A DNA stretch of 59,127 nt, the filler included. It is 3 parts of 3 records of this genome, joined end to end, with 100 filler letters (N's around TTAATTAATTAA, not from the genome) between each part and the next. Parts side by side here need not be neighbours in the genome. Positions count along the whole stretch, not along the records: positions 1 to 15,528 come from DRR378314_1637; positions 15,629 to 41,524 come from DRR378314_1644; 1 more part is not named here. One strand, given 5' to 3'. A program made the position numbers and the translations under genes. A model generated the notes under the pieces. The model saw nothing but the letters and a program-made list of their open reading frames with translations. It was not told the DNA's origin and ran no database searches. Below, piece after piece: positions 11,501-21,686 of this stretch; position 1 is the stretch's first letter, and each line of letters begins with the position of its first letter.

Positions 11501-14500
11501 GCGGGAAAAGGTGTGAGACAGCGATGGAGAGCGCCACAACAGCGCCGTTCGCGATGCAATGGCACGACTCGCTCTTGCACACCGACACAGTGGCGTGCTG
11601 GGCAGTCGGAGCCAGGGGCGCGCAAAAGGGCCTCGCTGCTCCGTCTCCGTCAGTTCAAGACGATGCCTCGGATTGCGCGCCGGCCAGAGACGACACAAGG
11701 AGAACCGCGGGGAATCGCGCGCACCGCCTCCGCGAGCTCGTCCGCGAGCGTGATGAGACACAGCGACAGGAAAGGGAGAAGAAGAAGAAGAGAGAGAAAA
11801 CGACGCTCTCCGCCGCGGAGCCGCTCTCGTGATCTTGTGCGACGCACCTGAGCCGTGGACGATCTTCGCGACGTAGTTCACAAACACCATCACGTCTTCC
11901 TCAAGCGACTCGGTGACCGTCGTGAACGAGCGAATATCGCAGAACCCGAAGATCGCGCGGACCTTTTTCCCCGGCACCACCGCCTCGACTTTCCCGGTAG
12001 GCGACACATTGCGCGAGATGATCTCTGCGCCGGCTTCGCCTGCACCGTAAACCATCCGCACCAAGCCGCAGTTCTGTCAGTACACACCACAAGCTTCGCA
12101 GCGAGCTTAGAGCGCATTCGGAGGGAAGAAAACTGCGGAGACGAGAAAGGAGGAAAAGAGTGAAGGGGCGTGAACGCTCGAGCGCGCGAGAGTGCGATTG
12201 CCATGTTCGCAAGCGCACGGTCACCAGTTGGAGCACAACGGAAAGAGCTCGCCAACACGTTCTTCTCCCACTTGAAGCGGCAAGAAGCACACGCAGACGC
12301 TCTAATCCGCAGCGGCCAATGCTGCGTTGACTCATACTCGCTCCTCATTCGCGTCGCTGCGCGCTCGCGCTGCGAGCATTGACACACGAGCACTACCATC
12401 ACGCACCGTACGCGATCTGCAGCAGATTCGTGAGCTTAATCAGCGTTCTTTCGATGAGAACTGCTTCCGTTTTACGGCCCGTTCCGTCGTTGAGCGATCG
12501 GAGAGAGAGAAGCGGATTCCGCGAGAATTCTTGCATGATCATAATCATACGCTCGATCGGAACCACGACAAAGTTATCCGCGTCCTTGTTGAAGAGCATT
12601 GATGCGACCGTTAAGATCACAATCAGCAGAACCGTTCCTATGATGTTGACCAGAGCTCCGTCTTTCACGCGATCTTCAATATCGTAACGGATCAGATTAT
12701 CGCCTCGTTCCACGTCAAAGATGAAGGAGTCGTCCAGCGACGCCAGCGCAGCACGGTCAACATAATAGAACACCGTCCCGAATTTCGCCTCGAGAACCTA
12801 CAAAGACGCGCGGACAATGCATTCGTGAAAGGGAAAATAGGAGGGAGAGGAAAGCGCACAAGAAGTGCACAATAGCCGATGAGATCGATGCAGCGGGGCG
12901 GCGGCCCGACACGGTACAAGGTTTCCTCCGTTCTTCTGCGAACGGAAAGTGCAGCCGCGTGCGCAGCTACGACGCTACAGAACTACGCAAACAAAACAAA
13001 ACTAGCACGATGAGAAAGAATAAAAAAGCATCTGAGCAGTATAGCACGTTCTCAAGAACAACGCTTCCTCGGCGCGCGACGCTCGCGCGCATCACCTCGT
13101 CCAGAAAAAGGGACTGCCCGCGCGCCCCGCCGAAGTCGCGGGGAAAGCGCAGAACTCGTGCACGTTTGCGCAACGAGTGGGAAAAAGTAGCACGCCCCAT
13201 GCAGGTAAGCGCAGGTACGCGTTCGCAACGGCAACTGGGCGCGCCAACCCGCGGTAACTGTGCACGTCGAACGTACGCCGAGATCAGTGCGCGTAAAGTT
13301 GAACACGGTCTCAAACGTTGTGCGACGCATCGGGTCCGTGTCGATATCTGCCGAGAGCGAGATGAGCTCCGACATGGCAAAGTCGTCCGCATTCGTCATT
13401 GTTTCAGCTGGCAGCAGCGACGACATCACAAGCGTCACCATGACGACGAGAATGACCTGCAGCGCACAGGACGAGCGCAAACGTGAGACGGCGTGAAAAC
13501 CGGACACGCTATCAGGAAACGGGAGAACGAGCCCAGCCACACTGTCCTTTCCTAAACGCGCGCGCACCCAAGTGCATAAAAATCTCCTCAAATGAAGCAC
13601 GTACGCGCGTGGCGGATAGTGAGTGGTGACGACGCGTAGTCGAATCCGACGCACCTTGGCCGTTGTCAGGTCGGCGAGGTCTTGGCCAAGCTGTGACACT
13701 TTGAGGTTTCTCCCCTTGAGGAGTTTCGGCTGCTCCAAGAACGACTTTGAGAACGAGGCGCTCGAGTTCTGGGATACCCACCAGCAAAGGAAACGAGGGA
13801 ACGAGCGAGCGCGCACGACTCCTCAGCAACCACATGGCTAAACCAGCTCGTTACGTCACACCTTACGACAATGGCCTGTTCTGACATACAAACGTGAACC
13901 AAGCTTCTCCGCTGTCGAAAAGCGACTACGCCGCACCACCGAGAGCCTCTACTCGTTGCTATATATTCCACAGCGTTGAGTACAGCCAAACTGGTAATGC
14001 AACAGGACGTAACGTCGCAGTCACACACGCAGCGACCGCGCTGCCGCCCAGCTGCTTGGCGCGCTGCGGAGGGGAGCGGACGGGAATACCACGTACCGCG
14101 CCGCCCGGACTCGCGCTGCTGTTCTCCGCATCCACCTTGGAAAACACCGTTCCCGTGCCAGAAGGAACGCTCTGGTGCGTCGCTGGAGCAGCTTCGTTGT
14201 CTTGAGGGCCTACAGGAGCGAGCGCGTCAAGAACAAGGCCGTTTGGGTTCAACAGTGTAACGGCAGAGCGACAATCTTGCACAGCACCGCCCGAATGGGA
14301 TCTCACTACCCAAGAAGCGCCAACCCGGAGAAACATGGGAACAACTATACTCCAGCACGGCTCCAGAAAAGATCCTGCCGAGAACACGCGTACGCATGTA
14401 CACACGAAAAAACTGTCGAGCGCCGCCACGAAGCAAGAGGAAGCGCCCCGGCTCAGCTCAAACGCACTGACTGAGCTTTTCTTCCGGAACGACGCGCTGA

Positions 14501-15256
14501 TTCTGCGCGTGACCGACTGGCGTGGTCGACCTTGCTCGTCAAACTCGCTTGATGCGCTTCCAAACGATTTCAGCTTAGTCAGCATTGTGGACCTGGAAGA
14601 GCAACGCATAGGATGCAAAGTCACCGCCCAAGCACGCACAGTCAACGCGAGGACATGAGGAGATCCATCGAGGCGAGTACGGCGGGGCGCACCAATCTCG
14701 CGCACGCACGACCGATCCTCCAGGATCACGTTGGCCGCCTCAAAGTGCCCAGTGATTCGCCACGCTGATCAACAACCTCTCCGTGCTGGAGAGGTACATA
14801 CTTTGCCGACTTGAACTTCTCGGCGACGGAGCGCTGGAAGCTCTTCGCTGCTCCACCGGAGGAGACGCGCGCAATTTTGGCCGCTCGAACAACCCGAGCA
14901 ATACGCGTGGCCCTGGAAAAGATAATCGAGGAAAACACCGTCGTAGTCCAGAACCGGGAGCGTAAGAGATGCAGCTAGGCTTTGAGGGAAAGCTTTGTCG
15001 CGAATCTGTGTAGAAGGAGCGAGGTACGCCGCGGAGCGCTCGAGGGACAGCGAACATGCAAGTGGCTTCGTCTTGGCGCAGTAAAATTCCACCCATTGTC
15101 TAGAGACGAATAAGCACAAACTATTGTTCAGCGTACCGGATAATTCGAGCCAGCCGGGAAGAGTTCCCAAGCTCCGCATTGATGTCGAGATTGCTGACAA
15201 AGGGAAAGAATGGAATCAGAGAGAGCGTGGCCAGAAACTCGAGCCAGAAGAAGAAG
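8514..15256 (-). CDS. Ion-channel/voltage-sensor-fused class III adenylyl cyclase with C-terminal TPR-like region, spliced, 5' end incomplete
   Basis: Exons include 15256-15137 (FFFWLEFLATLSLIP...SSRLARIIR), about 14913-14730 (ATRIARVVRAAKIAR), 13768-13655, 13456-13277 (TM), 12797-12407 (TM + VVPIERM...QIAYG), 12039-11848 (IFGFCDIRSFT), 11227-11088 (NKNIGDA), 10898-10796 (MGFGLHVGW), 10374-10181 (GAIGSKYKIDVSYLSPHVNLASRLE), 9073-8996 (YIEGDWENA) and 8615-8514 (WRGFRALDEK*). Both metal-binding Asp residues, NxxxR, and the Lys/Asp pair that specifies ATP are present. Confidence 0.88.
11299..11468. repeat. Degenerate 59-bp tandem repeat (about 3 copies) inside a cyclase intron
   Basis: Units start at 11299, 11358 and 11417. 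Each has GGAAG...AACC(G/C)ACAC(C/A)TGACAC(A/G)AAGA...GCGAATCGCAA. Lies in intron 11228-11847. Confidence 0.8.
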
Positions 15257-15502
15257 CTGCGCACACGCAAGCGCACACGATTTGCAAGCAGCCGCACAGC
15301 CACGTGAGACGAGGGAATTTCCTCACAAGGCGCACCATAAGATACCCGTACTGCCAATGGGAAATCGAAAACGAATAAATGCACAAGTAAGTGCGTGTTG
15401 ATCATGGTCACAGGACTAAGAGCGGCTTACTGCATTCAGCCGAAGCATGAAGGAAAACCTGGGAGGCAAGAAGCGCTCGCAGTGTAGCGCAGGGGAGCAC
15501 CA

Positions 15503-15528
15503 CAAACAAACAAACAAACAAACAAACA
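15503..15528 (+). repeat. (CAAA)n microsatellite at contig end
   Basis: 6.5 perfect CAAA units running into the N gap; probably the reason the assembly broke here. Confidence 0.9.
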
Positions 15529-15628
15529 NNNNNNNNNNNNNNNNNNNNNNNNNNNNNNNNNNNNNNNNNNNNTTAATTAATTAANNNNNNNNNNNNNNNN
15601 NNNNNNNNNNNNNNNNNNNNNNNNNNNN
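15529..15628. other. Artificial contig linker
   Basis: 44 N + TTAATTAATTAA (stops in all six frames) + 44 N; gene style changes from spliced eukaryotic to bacterial operon across it. Confidence 0.98.
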
Positions 15629-15629
15629 G

Positions 15630-18600
15630 GGCAGCTATTTCTATTTCAACATCTGCTCGAACCCCGATCTGGTGGATGATGTGGGCATGTTCCTGTTGCG
15701 CCATACCGGCAACGACAAGGATTTCCTGTCAACGCGGGTCAGCCATGTGTTTGACCTCAAAGGCCCGTCGATCAACCTGCAAACCGCCTGTTCGACCTCT
15801 TTGGTGGCGATCCACTATGCCTGTCAGGCCCTACGTGCGGGCGAAATTGACATGGCGCTCGCCGGTGGGGTGACTATCGAATTGCCGCATGGGCGCGGCT
15901 ATGAATTCAAGGAAAATGAGATCCTGTCACCCGACGGGCATTGCCACGCCTTTGACCACCGCGCGCAGGGTACGGTTTTTGGATCGGGGGCAGGGGCGGT
16001 TGCCCTGCGCCGTCTATCGGACGCGATTGCGGATGGGGATCACATCTGGGCCGTGATCAAAGGATCTGCTGTCAACAATGATGGAGCGGCCAAAGCGGGC
16101 TATCTTGCCCCCTCGGTCGACGGTCAGACACAGGCCATTGCGGCGGCACTGGACGCGGCTGGCGTTGCTGCGCAAAGCATCGGTATGGTCGAATGTCATG
16201 GCACAGGCACCTATCTGGGTGATCCGATTGAGGTTGCCGCCCTGACCGAAGCCTACCGTGCGGAAACCGATGCCGTTGATTTCTGTCGCATCGGGTCGGT
16301 GAAAACCAACATCGGCCATCTGGATACCGCTGCAGGTGTTGCGGGGCTCGCCAAGGCGACGCTGGCGTTGCACAACAAACAAATGCCACCTTCGCTGGGG
16401 TATGAGGCACCAAACCCGGCAATCCCGTTTGAGGGCTCTCCCTTCCGCGTCAACGACAGCCTTGCGGATTGGGCTGCCGGTGATACACCACGCCGCGCCG
16501 CGATCAACGCGCTGGGCGTGGGGGGCACCAATGCTCATATGATCCTGGAGGAAGCGCCGGAACGCACAGCCTCCGAGGAAAGCGACTGGCCGTTTCATGC
16601 GCTGGTGGTTTCAGGTGCGTCGAAAGCGGCGCTGGATGCCAATACCGCTGCCCTTGCCGCACATCTACGCGCGCATCCTGAACAGCCATTGGCGGATGTT
16701 GCACATACGTTGAAAAATGGCCGACGTGCCTTTGAAAAACGCCGTGTGGTGGTGGCGGAAACCCATGCCGAAGCCGCCGATCTGCTGGACGGCGCGGATA
16801 CCCGTCGCGTCTTTACCCATGAGGCGCTTGGTGAAAACCCTGAAGTCGTCTTCATGTTCCCCGGTGGCGGGGCGCAATATGCGGGCATGGCACGGGACCT
16901 TTACGAAACCGAGCCGGAATTTGCAGAATGGATGGACCGTGGGTTGGATCATCTGTCGCCGCAGCTGGATTATGACATCCGCGCCCTGTGGCTGCCCGAG
17001 GTGGGGCAGGCTGATGCGGCTGCGGAACGGTTGAAGCAGCCATCGGTGCAACTGCCGCTGATCGCTATTGTCGAATATGCGCTGGCAAAACTCTGGATGT
17101 CATGGGGCGTGCAACCCGCCGCGATGGTAGGCCATTCCATGGGCGAAAATGTTGCGGCCTGCCTTGCCGGTGTGATGACATTTGAAAACCTGATAGATCT
17201 TGTTCTGCTGCGCGGTCGGTTGTTTGACGAGGTGCCCGCCGGTGGCATGTTGTCCATCTCGGCCCCGTTGTCGGCCATTGAGCCACTGCTCGGCGAGGAT
17301 CTTGATATCGCGTCGATCAACGCACCTGAACTGATCGCGGTTTCTGGCTCGCAGGCGGCGCTGGCTGCCATGCAGGGCCGGCTTGACGCGGCTGATATTG
17401 AATATCAGCGCATCGCCATCGATATCGCCGCGCATAGCCGCATGCTAGAGCCGATCCTTGCACGCTACCGCGCCTTTTTGGCCAGCATCGACTTGCAAGC
17501 ACCTAATATGCCGTTTGTCTCCAACCGCAGCGGCGCACAGATTACCGCGCAGGAGGCGACAAGCCCCGACTACTGGGTCGCCCAGCTGCGCAATACCGTC
17601 AACTTTGCCGATTGTATCACCACGCTCGCGGCCCCGCGCAAACGGATCTACCTTGAGGTCGGGCCGGGCAAGGCCCTGTCCGCCCTTGCGCAGATGCACC
17701 CTGATGTTGCGCCCGTACAGGTGCTGTCGACCCTGCGCCATCCCGATCAGGAAATTGCGGATGATGCCTATTTTATTTCGGTGATTGGCCGTCTTTGGGC
17801 CTGTGGGCTTAACGCCGATTGGTCCCAGATCTGGGGAGAGGCGAAGCGCAACCGTGTTATTTTGCCCACCTATCAATTCCAGCGCAGCCGCTATTTCATC
17901 GAAGCAGGGCAAGCGGCGCTTGCACCTGTGGCTGCGCCGCTTACGCGCAGCGATGCCATCGAAGACTGGGGCTCTGTCCCCGCATGGCGTCCGCGATTTG
18001 CCGATACGGATATGGATGTGACACGCGATCTGGGGGATGTCCCCTTGACGTGGTTGATGTTTGCGGATGGTGCGGGTCGTGCTGCGCCCGCCCTTCAACG
18101 TCTGAAAGATGCCGGTCATAGGGTTGTTTCCGTGCGGGCGGGTGATGCTTTCGCCCAGGCGGATGATGCGACCTATACGCTTGCCCCCGAACAGGGCCGT
18201 CAAGGCTATGACCAGCTGATCACCGACCTGAAACAGCGCGACTTGCTGCCTGACCGGATTGGGCATTTCTGGCTGACCGATGATCATCTGCCCCCGCGCG
18301 CAGGATCGTCCGAATTCGACCGCAATCTGGAACAGGGATTCTGGAGCCTGACCTGGCTTGCGCAGGCCCTGTCCGAGGCCGAATTTGATAAACCCCTGCA
18401 CCTCCTCGCCTTTACAGCAGGTGCGGCGCAGGTCCGCGAGGAGGCCGTTCCCCACCCCGAAGAGGCGCTGATTGCCGGACCTGTCGGTGTCTTTGCCCGC
18501 GAAATGCCCGATGTAACCTGTGCGCAGATTGATCTGGAGCCGGTTGCGGCGGCTGTTGCCCCGTCCAAAGGGTGGTTTTCAAAACCTGTCGAAACCCCGC

Positions 18601-21600
18601 CTGATGACAGTCTGACAGAGCCCTTGTTGGAAGAGCTGTTGGCCGTGCCTGCTAATACCATTGCGGCGCTGCGCGGGGCGAAACGTTTTGAACAAACTTA
18701 TCGCGACATTGGATTGCCAGAGGCAGAGGCACCGGCGTTCCGCGATGGCGGCACCTATCTGATCACCGGCGGTTTCGGTGGCATCGGCCTGACCTTGGCA
18801 GCCGATATTCTGGGACAGCATAATGCCCATGTGGTGCTTTTGTCGCGTGACCCGATGCCGGAACGGCAAGCCTGGGAAGGATACCTCAAGACCCACGCGA
18901 CCACCGATCGCACCGCGCGGCGAATGCATTCGGTGATGCGTCTTGAAACACTGGCGCAAGCGCGGGGCGGCACCATTGAGGTGGCGCAGGGCGATGTGGC
19001 CAACCTTGCCCAGATGCGCCGGGTGACACAGGATTTGACCACGCGCCATGGTGGGCTGACGGGGGTGATCCACGCCGCTGGTACACTTGATGATGCGCCT
19101 CTGCTGGCCAAATCGGATGCCAGCATTGACGCGGTATTGTCGCCCAAGGTTCAGGGGCTGCGCGTCCTTGATCAATTGCTGCCCGATGGCACGTTGGAAC
19201 TGATGGTGCTGTTTTCCTCTACCTCGACGGCCACACGGGCCGCAGGGCAGACCGACTATGTCGCCGCCAATGCCTGGCTGAATGCTTTCGCTGCTGCACG
19301 GCGCAACGGCAAAACCAAAGTGGTTGCGATCAATTGGGGCATCTGGTCGGATGTGGGCATGGCCGCCAAGGCGCTGAATGGTGCGGCCAGCGACGTCCTG
19401 CCGCCGCGCCCCGTTGAGGCCGCATTTCTGAAAACCGTGGGTGCGGATGCGGCGGGTGATCTGGTGTTCACTGCCCCTTTCACCACGCAAGATTGGCTGC
19501 TGGACCAGCACCGCACGGCACAAGGGCAGGCGATCCTGCCTGGCACCGGCTATATCGAACTGCTGGCCGAGACGGCCAAGGCACAGGGCATGACTGGGTT
19601 TGACATCCAAGACCTGTATTTCCTGCGCGCCATGCCGGTGGAGGAAGACAGCAGTCGTCAGATGCAGGTCACCCTGCGCCCGGACGGCAAGGGCTTTGCT
19701 GCCGAAATGCGCAGTGATTGCCGGTTGCAGGGCAGGGATGGTTGGCAACTGCACGCGCAAGCCGCCCTGAACCCGCTGACCGGAGTTGCGCCGGAAGATG
19801 TTGATATCGCATCACTTTCCGCGCGATGTGACGTGGCTCAGCAAAGCACTGCCGAGGCCCGTCTGAAATCCCCTCAAGAGGCGCATTTGAAATTCGGCCC
19901 CCACTGGCATGTCCTGTCCGAAACCCGGATGGGCAGGGGCGAGGGGGTGGCCAAGCTGACCTTGCCTGACGCCCTGTGCGGCGCTGAAAACGCGCCAGTG
20001 CTGCATCCCGGACTGATGGACCTGGCCACTGGCTGGGCCATCGCGCTGGTGCCGGGATATGGCGCGACCCACCTTTGGGTGCCGGTGTCTTATGGATCAA
20101 TCCGTGTTTATGCGCCGCTGCCGGATATGGTGTATTCTTGGGTACGCTTGCGCGAAGGGCACGGTGATTTTGCCCGTTTTGATGTGACAGTCTGTGACCC
20201 GGAAGGCCGCGTTCTGGTCGAAGTCAGCGATTTCGCGATGAAACGGCTTGAGGGCGACCTTGCAGCAATGCCTTTGACCACAGCCGAAGTGACTTTCACC
20301 GATGACAGCGCGGATGATGACAACCGCAGTCCCGCCGAGGAACAGCTGGCCTATCTGTTGTCGCAAGGCATCCGCGCCAGTGAGGGGCCGGAAGCCCTGC
20401 GCCGTGCGCTTGCGCTGGGCAAGCCGCAGGTCATGGTTTCATCGCTGCCCTTGCAGGGGTTGATCGAGCGCGCCAATACGCCAGCGGTTGAACAGGCTAC
20501 TTCAGGTCAGAGTTTCGAACGTCCCGATCTGGATGGTTCTTTCGTCGCACCGCGCAACGGTATTGAGGAACGTCTGGCCGGGATCTGGTCGAACCTGCTG
20601 GGCATCAGTCCGGTTGGGGTTGAGGACAGCTTTTTCGACCTTGGCGGGCATTCTCTGATTGCCGTGCGCCTGTTTGCGGCGGTGAAACGTGAGTTCAAGG
20701 TGGAATTCCCGATATCAGTACTTTTCGAGGCCCCTACAATTGCCAAATGCGCTGCCCTGATCGCGGCGGAAACCGGCGATCTGGGAGAAGCTTCGGAGGG
20801 GGAGACCCCCGCCGCTGCGCCAGAGAAATACGAATTTCTTGTGCCGCTGAACCAAAGCAATCAGCGCGATGCGCCACCCTTGTTCATTGTTGCGGGCATG
20901 TTTGGCAACGTGCTGAACCTGCGCCATCTTGCGCTGCCTTTTGCATCGGAACGGCGGGTGTTTGGTGTGCAGGCACGGGGGCTGATCGGGGAAACCGAAC
21001 CGCATCGCGATGTGGCCATCGCTTCCCGTGATTATCTGGCAGAAATGCAGCGTATGCAGCCAGAGGGGCCCTATCTGATTGCAGGGTATTCCGGCGGCGG
21101 GATCACGGCTTATGAAATGGCCAGACAATTGCGCGATGCGGGCCATGAAGTGGCTGTGGTGGCGATGTTTGACACGCCGCTGCCGGTACGCCCGTCGCTC
21201 AGCAGACCCGATAAGGCATTGATCAAGCTGGCTGAGCTGAAATCGAAAGGACCAGCATATCTGGTCGAATGGGCACAGAACCGCTGGGCTTGGGAAATGC
21301 GCCAACGCAACGAAGATGCTGCGCCTGATGCATCTGCGGGGGCGGAGTTCAACAACCTGAAAATTCAGGATGCCTTCCTTGAAGCGGTGGGGAAATACCA
21401 GACACCCGATTGGGACGGCCCGCTCACACTGTTCCGTCCGGCGCTTGATTTGCATTGGCCGGTGACGGGGGGCAGGTTTGTCAGCAAAGAGCGCGAATAT
21501 GTGTTCGAGGACAACGACTGGCGTCGATATGCGCCGCAGACTGAGGTGATCGAGGTGCCCGGTGATCATGACAGTATGATGCTGGCCCCAAATGTCACCA

Positions 21601-21686
21601 CTTTGGCGCAGGAGCTGCGCGAAGTGATCGCACGGGCACTAGACGATGAATCGGATGATTGGCAACAGGCAACGGCGGCACAATGA
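15630..21686 (+). CDS. Type I polyketide synthase KS-AT-KR-DH-ACP-TE, 5'-truncated
   Basis: Frame is open from the contig edge. KS: NDKD, LQTACSTS, HGTGT, GHLDTAAG. AT: GHSMG, IAAHS. KR: GGTYLITGGFGGIG, LDD, YVAAN. DH: WLLDQHRTAQGQAILPGTGY and LMD. ACP: FFDLGGHSL. TE: GYSGG and DHDSM. Confidence 0.95.
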   Translation, partial: GSYFYFNICSNPDLVDDVGMFLLRHTGNDKDFLSTRVSHVFDLKGPSINLQTACSTSLVAIHYACQALRAGEIDMALAGGVTIELPHGRGYEFKENEILSPDGHCHAFDHRAQGTVFGSGAGAVALRRLSDAIADGDHIWAVIKGSAVNNDGAAKAGYLAPSVDGQTQAIAAALDAAGVAAQSIGMVECHGTGTYLGDPIEVAALTEAYRAETDAVDFCRIGSVKTNIGHLDTAAGVAGLAKATLALHNKQMPPSLGYEAPNPAIPFEGSPFRVNDSLADWAAGDTPRRAAINALGVGGTNAHMILEEAPERTASEESDWPFHALVVSGASKAALDANTAALAAHLRAHPEQPLADVAHTLKNGRRAFEKRRVVVAETHAEAADLLDGADTRRVFTHEALGENPEVVFMFPGGGAQYAGMARDLYETEPEFAEWMDRGLDHLSPQLDYDIRALWLPEVGQADAAAERLKQPSVQLPLIAIVEYALAKLWMSWGVQPAAMVGHSMGENVAACLAGVMTFENLIDLVLLRGRLFDEVPAGGMLSISAPLSAIEPLLGEDLDIASINAPELIAVSGSQAALAAMQGRLDAADIEYQRIAIDIAAHSRMLEPILARYRAFLASIDLQAPNMPFVSNRSGAQITAQEATSPDYWVAQLRNTVNFADCITTLAAPRKRIYLEVGPGKALSALAQMHPDVAPVQVLSTLRHPDQEIADDAYFISVIGRLWACGLNADWSQIWGEAKRNRVILPTYQFQRSRYFIEAGQAALAPVAAPLTRSDAIEDWGSVPAWRPRFADTDMDVTRDLGDVPLTWLMFADGAGRAAPALQRLKDAGHRVVSVRAGDAFAQADDATYTLAPEQGRQGYDQLITDLKQRDLLPDRIGHFWLTDDHLPPRAGSSEFDRNLEQGFWSLTWLAQALSEAEFDKPLHLLAFTAGAAQVREEAVPHPEEALIAGPVGVFAREMPDVTCAQIDLEPVAAAVAPSKGWFSKPVETPPDDSLTEPLLEELLAVPANTIAALRGAKRFEQTYRDIGLPEAEAPAFRDGGTYLITGGFGGIGLTLAADILGQHNAHVVLLSRDPMPERQAWEGYLKTHATTDRTARRMHSVMRLETLAQARGGTIEVAQGDVANLAQMRRVTQDLTTRHGGLTGVIHAAGTLDDAPLLAKSDASIDAVLSPKVQGLRVLDQLLPDGTLELMVLFSSTSTATRAAGQTDYVAANAWLNAFAAARRNGKTKVVAINWGIWSDVGMAAKALNGAASDVLPPRPVEAAFLKTVGADAAGDLVFTAPFTTQDWLLDQHRTAQGQAILPGTGYIELLAETAKAQGMTGFDIQDLYFLRAMPVEEDSSRQMQVTLRPDGKGFAAEMRSDCRLQGRDGWQLHAQAALNPLTGVAPEDVDIASLSARCDVAQQSTAEARLKSPQEAHLKFGPHWHVLSETRMGRGEGVAKLTLPDALCGAENAPVLHPGLMDLATGWAIALVPGYGATHLWVPVSYGSIRVYAPLPDMVYSWVRLREGHGDFARFDVTVCDPEGRVLVEVSDFAMKRLEGDLAAMPLTTAEVTFTDDSADDDNRSPAEEQLAYLLSQGIRASEGPEALRRALALGKPQVMVSSLPLQGLIERANTPAVEQATSGQSFERPDLDGSFVAPRNGIEERLAGIWSNLLGISPVGVEDSFFDLGGHSLIAVRLFAAVKREFKVEFPISVLFEAPTIAKCAALIAAETGDLGEASEGETPAAAPEKYEFLVPLNQSNQRDAPPLFIVAGMFGNVLNLRHLALPFASERRVFGVQARGLIGETEPHRDVAIASRDYLAEMQRMQPEGPYLIAGYSGGGITAYEMARQLRDAGHEVAVVAMFDTPLPVRPSLSRPDKALIKLAELKSKGPAYLVEWAQNRWAWEMRQRNEDAAPDASAGAEFNNLKIQDAFLEAVGKYQTPDWDGPLTLFRPALDLHWPVTGGRFVSKEREYVFEDNDWRRYAPQTEVIEVPGDHDSMMLAPNVTTLAQELREVIARALDDESDDWQQATAAQ

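Noticed and set aside
1-15528. The many overlapping Arg/Ala-rich ORFs of 60-400 aa in the ORF track
   Set aside because: They are read-throughs of GC-rich introns or antisense frames; only the spliced exons carry recognisable motifs.
1-15528. Alternative genetic code (TAA/TAG as Gln, ciliate-like) suggested by the ciliate-type cyclase
   Set aside because: The reconstructed exons have no in-frame stops, and the cyclase and HERP-like genes end at TAG where homologues end.
15400-15700. Horizontal transfer of a bacterial PKS next to eukaryotic genes
   Set aside because: The junction is an artificial N/TTAATTAATTAA linker and both flanking genes are truncated at it.
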